This document shows positions 9,933 to 23,511 of a stretch of 32,569 bases of DNA, one piece after another. The position numbers were made by a program, and so were the translations under genes. Each line of letters begins with the position of its first letter. Position 1 is the first letter of the stretch. This DNA comes from Thermostichus sp. DRC_bins_24 (GTDB lineage: Bacteria > Cyanobacteriota > Cyanobacteriia > Thermostichales > Thermostichaceae), in the NCBI GenBank assembly GCA_039794845.1, contig JAUQVK010000026.1, positions 1 to 32,569 on the forward strand, written 5' to 3'. Under the pieces are notes generated by a model. That model did no database searches, was not told where the DNA came from, and saw only the letters and a program-made list of their open reading frames with translations.

Positions 9933-10111
9933 AATTAGATTTTTTAGTTAAATAAGGCTTTAAGTCGCTTGAGACCCATTCTGTAAACCTCAATTAACCC
10001 AAGAAACTCTTTTTCTCTTTGAGTCGCCTCCCTTTGTACTCCGTAACAGTTCTCAAGCAAGGGATCCCCTGCTGATAATGGCCGTTGGAAGCCCCCATTG
10101 AGGAACGCGCT

Positions 10112-10978
10112 GTGAAACTGGCAGTTTATGGAAAAGGTGGTATCGGCAAATCCACCACGAGTTGCAATATTTCGGTGGCCTTGGCCAAGCGGGGCAAAAA
10201 GGTCTTGCAGATCGGCTGCGATCCCAAGCACGACAGCACCTTTACCCTGACGGGCTTTCTCATTCCCACCATCATCGACACCCTAGAGTCCAAGGGTTAC
10301 CACTACGAGGATGTTTACGCGGAGGATGTGATCTATCCCGGCTACGGCGGTGTGGACTGTGTGGAAGCGGGTGGCCCGCCGGCGGGTGCAGGTTGTGGTG
10401 GCTATGTGGTCGGGGAAACCGTCAAGCTGCTCAAGGAACTGAACGCTTTCGATGAATACGATGTCATCCTCTTCGATGTGCTGGGGGATGTGGTGTGCGG
10501 TGGCTTTGCCGCCCCCCTCAACTACGCCGATTACTGCCTGATCGTCACCGACAATGGCTTTGATGCCCTGTTTGCCGCCAATCGCATTGCTGCCTCGGTG
10601 CGAGAAAAAGCCAAAACCCGCAAATTACGGCTGGCCGGATTGATCGGCAATCGCACCAGCAAGCGGGATCTAATCGACAAGTATGTTTCGGCAGTACCCA
10701 TGCCCGTGATCGAGGTGCTGCCCCTCATCGAAGATATTCGCGTTTCACGGGTGAAGGGTAAAACCATCTTCGAGATGGCCGAAACCGATCCCGATTTGGA
10801 ACCCGTCTGTCAGTACTACCTGAATATTGCCGATGAGCTGCTGGCGCGCCCGGAAGGGATTGTGCCCAAAGATGCCCAAGATCGAGACTTGTTTACCTTG
10901 CTCTCGGACTTTTACAACCTTCCCACTCAAAGCCCCGCCGTTCCTGCAGCGCCTGCACGGGAACCGACTCTGGTGTAA
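10112..10978 (+). CDS. chlL: Dark-operative protochlorophyllide reductase Fe protein
   Basis: [44 protein letters not shown] start at 10112 follows a GAGGA RBS. Confidence 0.97.
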   Translation: MKLAVYGKGGIGKSTTSCNISVALAKRGKKVLQIGCDPKHDSTFTLTGFLIPTIIDTLESKGYHYEDVYAEDVIYPGYGGVDCVEAGGPPAGAGCGGYVVGETVKLLKELNAFDEYDVILFDVLGDVVCGGFAAPLNYADYCLIVTDNGFDALFAANRIAASVREKAKTRKLRLAGLIGNRTSKRDLIDKYVSAVPMPVIEVLPLIEDIRVSRVKGKTIFEMAETDPDLEPVCQYYLNIADELLARPEGIVPKDAQDRDLFTLLSDFYNLPTQSPAVPAAPAREPTLV

Positions 10979-11061
10979 GGGATCCCGATATTTCCAAAAT
11001 TTAAGAAACCCTGCGGAAAAGCATCTCAAACCTTATCAATTCGTAGCCACGTCTGATTTAG

Positions 11062-12141
<1,080 letters not shown>

Positions 12142-12157
12142 CAGCTAGTTAGATCTG

Positions 12158-12196
12158 AGGGAGGAGAGAAAAAGCCGAAAAGCCCCTTTCCTCCCG
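12158..12196 (+). terminator. Imperfect stem-loop between por and chlN
   Basis: GGGAGGAGAG...CCCTTTCCTCCC complementary arms. No U-tract. Confidence 0.3.
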
Positions 12197-12333
12197 AATA
12201 GATCAGCCGGATAAAGCAGGATGTTGCCAGACTCAATTTATCCATGCAAATCGTATAACCGATGTACTGTAAAATTGTTGTTCAATAGTTTCGTTGATTC
12301 CGCTTGAGATTCGATAAGACTTGCTTGCTTTAG

Positions 12334-13973
<1,640 letters not shown>

Positions 13974-14154
13974 GGCAACGGATCCCGTGGGAAAGGGCCA
14001 CTAAAGGCTGTTGCTGCTGGAAACAGGATATCAGGTCGTCTCCCAGCTGCGCAGAAGGCTGGCTGGAGTTCATTTTCTGCTGAAAATTAGGTGGAAATTA
14101 GGATTTACAATGGGGGTTCTTGTATCCTCAATAACCAGTCACTCTCGGTACACG

Positions 14155-16281
14155 ATGACGGATCCCACCGATACCCTCTGGGTTTTGGTCTGTGCTGCCT
14201 TGGTGTTCATCATGCAGCCCGGCTTCATGTGTTTGGAGTCGGGGTTAACCCGCAGTAAGAACAGCATCAACGTTGCCGCCAAGAACTTTGCCGATTTTGC
14301 CCTGTCCTCCGGGCTGTTTTGGCTGGTGGGATTTGGCCTCATGTTTGGCCCCAGTTGGCTGGGGATCTTCGGGTACGGGGGGTTTGCCCTTGATCTGAAT
14401 GGGGTGGGATCCCTCGCCGCTTTTTTTCTGTTTCAGGCCATGTTCTGCGGTACGGCCACCACGATTGTCTCTGGGGCGGTGGCGGAGCGGGTGCGCTTCG
14501 GGGCTTATGGCCTGATCAGCTGTTTGATCTCCGGGTTGATCTACCCCATCTACGGCCATTGGGTTTGGCATGGGCTGGATCAGGGGCAGGCCACCGGTTG
14601 GTTGGGGCAGCTGGGGTTTGTTGATTTTGCCGGTTCCACCGTGGTCCACAGCGTGGGGGGCTGGGTGGCCTTGGCGGGGCTGATGGTGATTGGGCCGCGG
14701 GCCGGTCGTTTCGATGCCCAGGGTCGCCCGAAAAAGCTGCTCGGTTCCAGTTTGCCCCTGTCGGTCTTGGGGGGGATGTTGCTCTGGTTTGGCTGGTTTG
14801 GCTTTAACGGCGGCAGTGCCTTGGGGCTGGGGCCGGAGGTGCCGCGCATTCTCACCAACACCCTCATGGGTGGAGTCAGCGGGTTGATCGGCGGACTGGG
14901 GATTGCTTTGCTCTACTTGCGGCGAGCGGAAGTGGACTGGATGATCAATGGCTGTTTGGCCGGGTTGGTGGCGATTACGGCGGGCTGTCATTTGGTGTCG
15001 ACGGCTGAGGCAGTCTGGATTGGGGCAATCGGCGCTTCGGTGGCCATTTGGGTCAGCCTGGGCATGGAGCGTTGGCGGCTGGATGATGCGGTGGGGGCGG
15101 TGCCGGTGCATCTGGGGGCAGGGGCCTGGGGGACTCTGGCGGTGGCCTTCTTTGGGGATCCCGACCAATTGCCCTTGCCGGTGTTGCCGCAGTTGGGGAT
15201 CCAGCTGTTGGGGGTAGCGGCGGCGGGGATCTGGGCCTTTGGGCTGGCCTACGCGGTTTTGCGGGGGACGGATCCCTTTTGGCCGTTGCGGGTTACCTCG
15301 GAGGCAGAAGAGCTGGGCCTGAACATTGTCGAACATGGGGCGAAAACGGAAGCCTACGACCTGATCCAGGTGATGACGGCCCATTCCCATCGGCGGGATT
15401 TGCACCGGCGGGTGCCGGTGGAGCCCTTCTCAGAGCTGGGGTATGTGGGATCCCGTTACAACCAGGTGATGGATGCCCTGGCCTCGGCCCAAGAAGAAAT
15501 TCAACAACTCAACCTCAAGCTCGAGGCGGAAAACCAGCGCATGGGATCCGAACTGGAACTGACCCGACGGCTGCAACAGTTGATCCTGCCCAAGGATCGG
15601 GAATTGCAACAGATCCCGGGGTTGGATATTGCGGGCTTTATGGAACCGGCCACGGAAGTGGGGGGCGACTACTACGATGTGTTGGAGCACAACGGCCTGG
15701 TGCGCATTGGTATCGGCGATGTGACGGGGCATGGCCTGGAGAGCGGCATGTTGATGCTCATGGCCCAAACGGCGGTGCGCACCCTAGCCATCCAGCAAGA
15801 ACGGGATCCGGGGCGGGTGCTGGAGATCCTCAACCAGGTGATCTACGAAAATGCCCAGCGCATGAACTCTGACCGAAACATGACCCTGATGTTGCTCGAT
15901 TACCACGATGGCATTCTGCGCTTCAGCGGCCAGCATGAGCAGATCATCGTCGTGCGCAAAGAGGGATCCATCGAACGGGTGGATACCCTCGACCTGGGTT
16001 TTCCCATTGGGTTGGAGGCGGATATCCGCCAATTTATCGCCCAGGCGGAAGTTCACCTTTCCCCGGGGGATGTGGTGGTGCTCTACACCGATGGCATTAC
16101 CGAAGCCGAGAACGAATCCCGAGAGCTGTTCGGGTTGGAGCGGTTGTGTCAAGTGGTGCAACACTATTGCCAAGCTTCTGCACGCCAGATCTGCAAAGCG
16201 ATCATCACGGAAGTACGGCAGTTTATTCAGGGGAACCCGATTTTTGATGATCTCACCCTCGTGGTGATCAAGAAAACCTAA
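14155..16281 (+). CDS. amt: Ammonium transporter fused to a HAMP-like/coiled-coil linker and a PP2C/SpoIIE-type phosphatase
   Basis: Amt part: MQPGF..LESG, FQAMF, SGAVAER, DFAGSTVVH, GWFGFNGGS, DDAVGAVPVH. PP2C part: VGGDYYD, GDVTGHG, YTDG, DDLT. Start is probably ATG 14155; the ORF is open from 14011. Confidence 0.93.
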   Translation: MTDPTDTLWVLVCAALVFIMQPGFMCLESGLTRSKNSINVAAKNFADFALSSGLFWLVGFGLMFGPSWLGIFGYGGFALDLNGVGSLAAFFLFQAMFCGTATTIVSGAVAERVRFGAYGLISCLISGLIYPIYGHWVWHGLDQGQATGWLGQLGFVDFAGSTVVHSVGGWVALAGLMVIGPRAGRFDAQGRPKKLLGSSLPLSVLGGMLLWFGWFGFNGGSALGLGPEVPRILTNTLMGGVSGLIGGLGIALLYLRRAEVDWMINGCLAGLVAITAGCHLVSTAEAVWIGAIGASVAIWVSLGMERWRLDDAVGAVPVHLGAGAWGTLAVAFFGDPDQLPLPVLPQLGIQLLGVAAAGIWAFGLAYAVLRGTDPFWPLRVTSEAEELGLNIVEHGAKTEAYDLIQVMTAHSHRRDLHRRVPVEPFSELGYVGSRYNQVMDALASAQEEIQQLNLKLEAENQRMGSELELTRRLQQLILPKDRELQQIPGLDIAGFMEPATEVGGDYYDVLEHNGLVRIGIGDVTGHGLESGMLMLMAQTAVRTLAIQQERDPGRVLEILNQVIYENAQRMNSDRNMTLMLLDYHDGILRFSGQHEQIIVVRKEGSIERVDTLDLGFPIGLEADIRQFIAQAEVHLSPGDVVVLYTDGITEAENESRELFGLERLCQVVQHYCQASARQICKAIITEVRQFIQGNPIFDDLTLVVIKKT

Positions 16282-16298
16282 GAAAACCTAGAGCCTGC

Positions 16299-17609
16299 TC
16301 AAAGGGCACCCAGCACCTGTCGCGCCGCCGCCAAGGTTTGCTCCACGTCGGCCTCGGTGTGGGCCAAGGAGGTAAAGCCCGCCTCGAATTGGGAGGGCGC
16401 CAGATACACCCCCTGCTCTAACATGCCACGATGGAAACGGGCAAACTTCTGCAGATCAGATGCCTTGGCGTCTTCGTAGTTGTGGACGGGCCCGGCGGTG
16501 AAAAAGAAGCCGAACATACCCGGCAGATAACCTCCGCAGGCGGCATGGCCGGTTTCTTGGGCCACCCGTAGCATGCCTGTGGCGAGCTTTTCCGTGATCC
16601 GCTCCAGATACTCGTAGGTGCCGGGGCGACGCAAAATGTCCAGCGTGTGGATCCCTGCGGTCATGGCCAAGGGGTTTCCAGAAAGAGTGCCTGCCTGATA
16701 CATCGGCCCCGCCGGAGCCACCATTTCCATAATCTCCCGCCGACCGCCATAGGCCCCCACGGGCAAGCCGCCCCCGATCACCTTGCCTAGGGTGGTTAAA
16801 TCGGGGATGACACCGAACTTGGCCTGCACACCGCCGTAGCTGATGCGAAAGCCCGTCATCACTTCGTCGAACACCAGCAGGGCACCGTATTGTTGGGTCA
16901 GATCCCGCAGCCCCTGCAAAAAGCCCGGCTGTGGGGGAATAAACCCGGCATTGCCCACCACCGGCTCCAGAATCACCCCGGCGATGGAGTCGGGATGTTG
17001 CTCAAACAGGGCCTTGACCGCCTCCAGATCGTTGTAGGGTGCGGTGAGGGTGGCGCTGGTGGCCGCCTTGGGAACTCCGGGGGAATCCGGCAACCCCAGA
17101 GTGGCCACCCCGGATCCCGCTTTCACCAAAAACATATCCGCATGGCCGTGGTAGCAGCCCTCGAATTTGATCACCTTTTCCCGCCCGGTGTAGGCCCGCA
17201 TCAGGCGCAGCACCGCCATACAGGCTTCGGTGCCGGAATTGACGAAGCGCACCATCTCCACGCTGGGCACCGCCTCGATCACCCGTTCCGCCAGTTGATT
17301 TTCTAGGGCACAGGGGGCGCCAAAACTGGTGCCTTTGCTCAGGGCCTTTTGCAGCGCTTCGATCACCTCGGGGTGGGCATGACCGACGATCGCGGGCCCC
17401 CAACTGCCGATGTAGTCGATGTATTGGTTGCCATCCACATCCCAGGCGTAGGCTCCGGAGACACGGTCGAACACAACGGGATCCCCGCCCACCGACTTAA
17501 AGGCCCGCACGGGAGAACTAACCCCTCCCGGCATCAGCCCTTGTGCCTGGGCAAAAATCTGTTTGGAGCGGGTGGTGTTAAAAGAGGTGGAGTGGAGAGT
17601 GCCGGTCAT
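16299..17609 (-). CDS. hemL: Glutamate-1-semialdehyde 2,1-aminomutase
   Basis: [59 protein letters not shown]. Confidence 0.98.
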   Translation of the reverse strand: MTGTLHSTSFNTTRSKQIFAQAQGLMPGGVSSPVRAFKSVGGDPVVFDRVSGAYAWDVDGNQYIDYIGSWGPAIVGHAHPEVIEALQKALSKGTSFGAPCALENQLAERVIEAVPSVEMVRFVNSGTEACMAVLRLMRAYTGREKVIKFEGCYHGHADMFLVKAGSGVATLGLPDSPGVPKAATSATLTAPYNDLEAVKALFEQHPDSIAGVILEPVVGNAGFIPPQPGFLQGLRDLTQQYGALLVFDEVMTGFRISYGGVQAKFGVIPDLTTLGKVIGGGLPVGAYGGRREIMEMVAPAGPMYQAGTLSGNPLAMTAGIHTLDILRRPGTYEYLERITEKLATGMLRVAQETGHAACGGYLPGMFGFFFTAGPVHNYEDAKASDLQKFARFHRGMLEQGVYLAPSQFEAGFTSLAHTEADVEQTLAAARQVLGAL

Positions 17610-17723
17610 AACGAGAGCGATTCAGCTATTCAACGCATTACTCAGGCTAGCAGGCAACAGAACCTGCTAGTGGGTTGCCTCCGCCCCAGGGGAAACCTTT
17701 AATAATCCGCAACTTTTGGACCT

Positions 17724-20600
17724 TTAGCGGCCGGGCAGCAACGCTTCCACCTGGGCGAGCAGTTCATACTCTAGGCAGGGCTTGGTGAGGTAAGCCTCTG
17801 CCCCCAGTCGCATGGCCAGATGGCGGTGCTTTTGGCTGCCACGAGAGGTGAGCATCACCACAGGGATCCCGGCCAAATGGGGGGCTTTACGCCGCTGGTT
17901 CAAAAACTCAAAGCCGTTCATGCGGGGCATTTCCACATCACAGAGGATCAGGTTAACAGGCTGTTGATGTTCCAGATGGGTGAGGGCCTCCTGTCCATCG
18001 CGGGCTTGAGCGACTTCGTAGCCGGCGCGTTCCAACTGGCGGGCCAAGGTTTGCCGCATCATGGCCGAATCGTCGATCACCAACAGGCGCAGCTTTTGAT
18101 GGGGGATAACCGGGCAACGGAGTGTACCTTCTGCGGGCATGGCATTCCCCAGCTGCCCCAAGGCCCAGCCATCCAAAATCGGGATCAACATTCCCGTTGC
18201 CCCTACTGTGCAGCCAAAAAAGTAAGCCGGAGCCACCAGCTCGGATCCCAGCGGCTTAACGGCCAGCTCCTGCTGTGCCACCAACCGATCCACAGCAATG
18301 GCGACGGCGGTTCCATCCCGTTCGCAGATCAGCACCGTCTGGATGTCTTCTGGTGTGAGGGTTCCCTGATGCAGTTGCCCCGCCGCCACTCCGTAGCGCA
18401 ACAGGTGTAGCAACGGTTGGATGCGTAAGGATTGCCCCTGCCACTCCAGACTGGGGGTGTTGAGCGGCACCTGCAGAATCTCGGCGACGGTATCCACCGG
18501 AAGGGCATAGGTGAATCGCCCGGCTTCACAAAGGATCAGTTGTGTGAGGCCCAGCGTCAACGGGATCCGCAGCGTGAAGGTGGTGCCGACTCCGGGGGTG
18601 GACTGTACCGAAACCGTGCCGCGAACCGCTGCCAATTCTGCCCGGACACTATCCAGGCCAACCCCGCGCCCCGACACCTCGCTCACTTGCCGAGCGGTGG
18701 AAAACCCTGGCGCAAAAATAAAATTGAGAAGGGCCGTATCTTCGAGGGTGTTGAGATCGCCTGGTTTGCACAGCCCTTGCTCCACTGCCCGCTTGCCGAC
18801 TGCCGCTCGGTCAATGCCGCGCCCATCATCCCGCACCTGGATCACCACCTGACCCCCCTGGCGAAAGGCAGAAATCAGCAGAACTCCCGTTCTGGCTTTG
18901 CCTCGCAACTGACGTTCTTGGGGAGGTTCTAGGCCATGATCCACCGCATTGCGCACCAGATGCACCAGCGGCGTGTAGAGCTGATCCAGCACCGGCTTGT
19001 CCACCAGCACCTCGGATCCCTCCAGTTGCACCTGAACCTGTTTGCGCTGGGCCAAGGCCAGATCCCGCACCACCCTCGGCAGCCGCTCCAACACCCGACT
19101 GATGGGTAACATGCGGGCGGAAACCAGCTCTTCGTTCAGTTCTGTCAGCCCTTTGGCATGCAGGCGTAGGGTTTGTTCGGATTGGCCCAGATAGAGGTTG
19201 AGGTCTTCTAGGGTTTCTTCAATTTGGGCGCTTTCTTCCAGCACCTCTTGAATGATGAGATTCAGACTGCTGTAGCGATCCAGCTCCAGGGCATCAAAGT
19301 TGGTATGCCACTCAGGGGTGCTCTCGAGCACGGGATCCTTTGCCGTCGGGGTTAGGGGAGTGGCGACCCCAGACACAATCAATTGGTCGGCAATGCGCTC
19401 CAGTTGGGCACTGTGGTTGCGCAGGGTTTTCAGTCGCCGCTTCAGGCTGGCTGCTGTCTGCCGCACCAGATCCTGCTGCATTTGCAACTGGTTGCGGGAA
19501 ATGGAGAGTTCCCCCACTTGAGCGCTGATTTTATCCAGCCGCTGCAGCTCCACCCGTACGGTCACATCTGGGGTGGGGGCGGTGGGGGGAAGCCTTGCTT
19601 CGATGGGATCCCTAGCCGCCACTGCGACGGGCTCCAGGATCGTTGTCGGGGTAGGCTCCGGTTCTGGGCTGAGATCGAGCTCTTCTAGGCTGCTGACCAG
19701 GGTGGTAAAGAGGTCCGGGTCTGGGGAGAGATCTGGGCCGGTGGCGCTAGAGGGGGATCCCCATTCAAAGTCGGGCTCTAGGGGTTCGACTTCAAGGGTG
19801 GGTGGGGTTGGGGTGGCTGGGGGTGCGCCTATCCAGGCGGCCAGGTCTGGGAACGCCTCTGGGGGTGGGGGATCCCCTCCTGACACAATCGTCTCTTGGG
19901 CTTGGCGCCAGGCAGAGAGAGCCCATTCTCCCAGAGAGATAACCGCTTCGGGTTGTGCCTCCAGAGCCTGCAAAACCCCATTGGAAAGGGCCGTAAAGTT
20001 GGGTAACTCCAACATCTGGCCCAAATCCGCGAAAGCTTGTGCCTGGGTTTTCAGGTGTTGGGTGAGAGCGGAGGGATCCCCTTGTGCCAGGATGTTGGCC
20101 AGCTCTTCTAGGCTGCGGGCCACATCAATCTCGAACAGGGATTGCCGCAGGTCGATGCCGAAATCGGAGGTGCTGGGCAACACAAAGTCATCCACCTCCA
20201 CATGGGCCAGTTGGGCTTCCAGATGGGCGTAGATCGCTTCGGTTTGAGCAGGGGTGGCGAAGATGCCGCTTCGGATCCCGGCCTGGATCGTATCCCGCAG
20301 ACAATCGCTGGCCGCCAGAAAACTGGACTCCAATTCCGGCGTGATCTGCAGACTGTCCGAGTGGAGCGCCTTGACCGCACTTTCCAGGCGATGGGCCAAC
20401 TCCTTAACCGAATCCAACCCCAGGCTGGCGGCATTTCCCTTGAGGGAGTGGGTGGTGCGCATCAAGGTGTGAATATCGGAGGGGTTACGCTCCTGGGAAA
20501 GGGTCAGCAGAATCGACTCGATGGTTTGCAGCAGTTCTGGGGCTTCCTGCACAAACAGCTGGTAAGCGTAATCCCGAATGTCGGCATCGATCAGAGACAT
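17724..20600 (-). CDS. CheA-like hybrid kinase (Hpt-HATPase-CheW-REC; PilL/PixL type)
   Basis: Hpt MRTTHSLKG; HLVRNAVDHG, DDGRGID, GFST, SGRGVGL; CheW domain; C-terminal REC (IDDS, CDVEMP, YLTKP). Confidence 0.95.
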   Translation of the reverse strand: MSLIDADIRDYAYQLFVQEAPELLQTIESILLTLSQERNPSDIHTLMRTTHSLKGNAASLGLDSVKELAHRLESAVKALHSDSLQITPELESSFLAASDCLRDTIQAGIRSGIFATPAQTEAIYAHLEAQLAHVEVDDFVLPSTSDFGIDLRQSLFEIDVARSLEELANILAQGDPSALTQHLKTQAQAFADLGQMLELPNFTALSNGVLQALEAQPEAVISLGEWALSAWRQAQETIVSGGDPPPPEAFPDLAAWIGAPPATPTPPTLEVEPLEPDFEWGSPSSATGPDLSPDPDLFTTLVSSLEELDLSPEPEPTPTTILEPVAVAARDPIEARLPPTAPTPDVTVRVELQRLDKISAQVGELSISRNQLQMQQDLVRQTAASLKRRLKTLRNHSAQLERIADQLIVSGVATPLTPTAKDPVLESTPEWHTNFDALELDRYSSLNLIIQEVLEESAQIEETLEDLNLYLGQSEQTLRLHAKGLTELNEELVSARMLPISRVLERLPRVVRDLALAQRKQVQVQLEGSEVLVDKPVLDQLYTPLVHLVRNAVDHGLEPPQERQLRGKARTGVLLISAFRQGGQVVIQVRDDGRGIDRAAVGKRAVEQGLCKPGDLNTLEDTALLNFIFAPGFSTARQVSEVSGRGVGLDSVRAELAAVRGTVSVQSTPGVGTTFTLRIPLTLGLTQLILCEAGRFTYALPVDTVAEILQVPLNTPSLEWQGQSLRIQPLLHLLRYGVAAGQLHQGTLTPEDIQTVLICERDGTAVAIAVDRLVAQQELAVKPLGSELVAPAYFFGCTVGATGMLIPILDGWALGQLGNAMPAEGTLRCPVIPHQKLRLLVIDDSAMMRQTLARQLERAGYEVAQARDGQEALTHLEHQQPVNLILCDVEMPRMNGFEFLNQRRKAPHLAGIPVVMLTSRGSQKHRHLAMRLGAEAYLTKPCLEYELLAQVEALLPGR

Positions 20601-20606
20601 TGCAGA

Positions 20607-22418
20607 TCACTCAACCTTGAATTGTTCGACACTCTGGAGCAGCGATTGGGCGATGGTTTGCAACTCTTTGATGGCTTGCAGCACTTTGTTGGCCTCTGTA
20701 GAGGTGCGGTTCGACACCAGCGTCACCTCTGCCATCGCCCTAGTCATGGCCGAAGACTCCTGTGCTTGTCGCTCAGCTGCCTCCGCAATTTGATTCACCA
20801 ACCGGTTGACTTCTGCACCGGCAGCGGCGATTTTTTCCAAACTGAGGCGAGTGGCTTCCACCAAGTTGGTGCCCTCTACCACCTGCTCAGTACCGGCTTC
20901 CATGGCGGTGATCGCTTCATGGGTACCGGACTGGATCTCCGCCACCAACAGTTCGATCTCACTGGTGGCTTCTGCCGACTGTTTCGCCAACGATCGCACC
21001 TCTTCTGCCACCACCGCAAACCCTCGTCCTGCTTCTCCAGCTCGAGAAGCCTCGATGGAAGCATTGAAAGCCAGTAGGTTGGTTTGGTTGGCAAAGCCGC
21101 TGATCAACTGCACCACCCGGGCGATCTTTTGGGAGGATTCCCCCAAGCGCTTGACCTTTTTGGCGGTTTCGGAAACCGATTCGCGGATCGTGGCAAAGCC
21201 CTCCACCGTGCGGTTCATCGCCATTTGGCCGGAACCGATGGCCATTTCCGTTTGCGCCACAATGCGGGTGGCCTCTTGGGCGTTTTTGGCCACTCCCTGA
21301 ACGGAGGTTTCGATTTCCTTTAACCGTTCCAAAGCCCCCTGAATCATCTTGGCTTCCGCAACCGCCCCCTGGGCCAGTCGCTTCACCGATATATTGCTCA
21401 TCTCAGTGGCCTGACCCACCTTTTGTGCGGCCTCCAGCACTTGGATAACCAGCTTGCGCAGGTTGAAGATGGTGGCGTTGTAGGAGTCGGCGATGGTGCC
21501 CACCTGGTCTTCGGTGACGGCGGCCCGTACCGTCAAATCTCCACGGCTCACCGGCTGCACCTGCATCAGCAACTCCATTACCCGCCGCTCCAGAAACTCC
21601 TTGGCTTGACGAGCTTCTTCGTTGCTCATCTCCATTTGAGTTGCCAGCCGCCGATCCACAAAGGAGGTCATCAACACAAAGCCCAAGATCACCAAGGTCG
21701 CCACCCCAATGGCGATCGCCATCCCCGCCAAAAAGCCATCTCCGGTGGGATCCGCTTCCGCAAGGGCTGGGTTCAGTACCAAAAATTGGGCCGCAGCCAT
21801 ACCTGTGTAGTGCATCCCAGCAATGGCAATTCCCATGACGATGGCACTGCCGATTTTCAGAAAAAAGCCTCTTTGGGAAAATTGACCCCGCAGTTGAAAG
21901 GCGATCCACAAAGCGGCCAGCGAGGCACCGGTGGCAATCACTATCGAGAGGAAAAACAGCAGCGGATCGTATCGGAGTTGGGCCTCCATTTCCATGGCGG
22001 CCATGCCCGTGTAGTGCATCACCGCGATCCCCAAGCCCATGAGGATGGCGCCCCCCAACAACTGCATAAAACCGACGGTTTGCCGGCTCACCAGCACCAG
22101 AGCAATCGCGGAGGACAAAATGGCAAAGACCATCGACAGGCCAACAATGAAGACGTTGTAGTTCACGTCGATGGGTAGGCTAAAGGCCAACATGCCCACA
22201 AAGTGCATGGACCAAATGCCCAGGCCCATGGCGATGGCCCCACCCAATAGCCAAAAGGACTTAAGGCGGCCCACCGTAGCTGCCACCCGACCGGCCAAAT
22301 CCAAAGCGGTGTAGGAGGCGATCATCGCCACAAAGACGGAGAGTGAAACCAGCCAGCCATCGTAGGTGCTGTTGAGGAGGTACAGGGATCCGGATCCCGA
22401 AACAAAGAAATCGCCCAT
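20607..22418 (-). CDS. Methyl-accepting chemotaxis protein with an N-terminal MHYT membrane sensor domain
   Basis: [15 protein letters not shown] and GMHYTGM in hydrophobic helices; HAMP-like [16 protein letters not shown]; signalling tip [31 protein letters not shown]. Confidence 0.93.
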   Translation of the reverse strand: MGDFFVSGSGSLYLLNSTYDGWLVSLSVFVAMIASYTALDLAGRVAATVGRLKSFWLLGGAIAMGLGIWSMHFVGMLAFSLPIDVNYNVFIVGLSMVFAILSSAIALVLVSRQTVGFMQLLGGAILMGLGIAVMHYTGMAAMEMEAQLRYDPLLFFLSIVIATGASLAALWIAFQLRGQFSQRGFFLKIGSAIVMGIAIAGMHYTGMAAAQFLVLNPALAEADPTGDGFLAGMAIAIGVATLVILGFVLMTSFVDRRLATQMEMSNEEARQAKEFLERRVMELLMQVQPVSRGDLTVRAAVTEDQVGTIADSYNATIFNLRKLVIQVLEAAQKVGQATEMSNISVKRLAQGAVAEAKMIQGALERLKEIETSVQGVAKNAQEATRIVAQTEMAIGSGQMAMNRTVEGFATIRESVSETAKKVKRLGESSQKIARVVQLISGFANQTNLLAFNASIEASRAGEAGRGFAVVAEEVRSLAKQSAEATSEIELLVAEIQSGTHEAITAMEAGTEQVVEGTNLVEATRLSLEKIAAAGAEVNRLVNQIAEAAERQAQESSAMTRAMAEVTLVSNRTSTEANKVLQAIKELQTIAQSLLQSVEQFKVE

Positions 22419-22522
22419 CGCTGATTCTGTCCTTGCTGAACGTGGAATGCATCAAGTAAGTGGGATTGACTCGTGAAAGAGGGGAAGCAGTTCAAACAAT
22501 TGACAAACTGGATCGAGGTGGC

Positions 22523-23053
22523 CTACGAGGAAGCTGGAGGCTTCAGAGCACGTAAAATCGACAGACCATCCAAGATCCACAAGGATCCGCCTGCAGCTGA
22601 TCTGGGCCAAAGGGAACGAATGTAGGGCTTGAGAACATCGGGTATGGGTTCGCCGGAGGCTGGAGCAATTTCCGTGGAGCTGACCTCCAGGATGTCTTCT
22701 AGGTGCTCAATCACCAGCCCTAACCCTCGGGGTTGCCCCTCAAAGATCAGCTCCAGAGTGACGACCGTAGCGTGGGTTTTGGTTTCCCAAGCTCCTCCTG
22801 GGTTGATTTTGAAAAGGGTGGCCAAATCCACCAGCCACAACAACTTTCCTTGGAACCGACAAACCCCCAAAACCGCATCGGGCATATCGGGAATGGGCAG
22901 AATGGTCTCTTTGGGGATCTGCAAGACCTGGCGGGTTTGTCGAACAGGGATCCCGAGAGAGAGCGCCTCCCCAACCCGCACGCCCAGCAGTTCGATCCCC
23001 TGTTGGGGGGCCGCAGAGGGGGCTACTGTCGCTCGCAGGTGGGGAGATGCCAC
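22523..23053 (-). CDS. CheW-like coupling protein (PilI/PixI type)
   Basis: ILPIPDMPDAVLGV..FQGKLLWLVDL and GLVIE, plus its position in the operon. Confidence 0.88.
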   Translation of the reverse strand: MASPHLRATVAPSAAPQQGIELLGVRVGEALSLGIPVRQTRQVLQIPKETILPIPDMPDAVLGVCRFQGKLLWLVDLATLFKINPGGAWETKTHATVVTLELIFEGQPRGLGLVIEHLEDILEVSSTEIAPASGEPIPDVLKPYIRSLWPRSAAGGSLWILDGLSILRALKPPASS

Positions 23054-23055
23054 GA

Positions 23056-23442
23056 TTATTTCCCTCGGCTGACGGGTTGTTTTCTGAGCAGATCCTCCAC
23101 CGTTTGGGTGAGCTCCGCTTGGTTGACGGGCTTAGCCAGGTAAGCATCTGCCCCTTGGGCACGCCCCCAGAACTTATCGGTATCGCTACCTTTGGTGGAG
23201 CAAATCACAATCGGAACGTCTCGGGTGGCTTTTTCTGCTTTCAGTTCCCGGCACAGTTCAAACCCACTCAGGCCGGGCAACACGACATCAATGACCATCA
23301 AATCGGGCAATTTTTGACGGATGACTTCTAGGGCTTCTTCGGCACTCTTGGTTTTCAGGACGAAGTGCCCTGCCCGTTGCAAACATTCACTGATGATGGC
23401 AGATTCTACAGGAGAGTCTTCGACGATGAGAATGGTGTACAT
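23056..23442 (-). CDS. CheY-like single-domain response regulator (PilH/PixH type)
   Basis: ILIVEDS, DVVLPGLSGFELCR, CSTK..DKFWG..QGADAYLAKP. Confidence 0.93.
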   Translation of the reverse strand: MYTILIVEDSPVESAIISECLQRAGHFVLKTKSAEEALEVIRQKLPDLMVIDVVLPGLSGFELCRELKAEKATRDVPIVICSTKGSDTDKFWGRAQGADAYLAKPVNQAELTQTVEDLLRKQPVSRGK

Positions 23443-23511
23443 GGTTGCCTAGGTTGAAATGATCATGAAAGGACAGATTTTGTTCGGTTTTGAGCCAAAA
23501 ACCTTCTCATT

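Noticed and set aside
14122..14135. NtcA box upstream of amt (GTA-N8-AAC)
   Set aside because: Imperfect match, and too close to the probable start codon to fit an NtcA-activated promoter.
14245..15405. Long antisense ORFs (386 aa here; also 20142-21077, 21423-22178, 28783-29565, 7746-8408 and others)
   Set aside because: Shadow ORFs opposite well-supported GC-rich genes, with low-complexity, non-family sequences.
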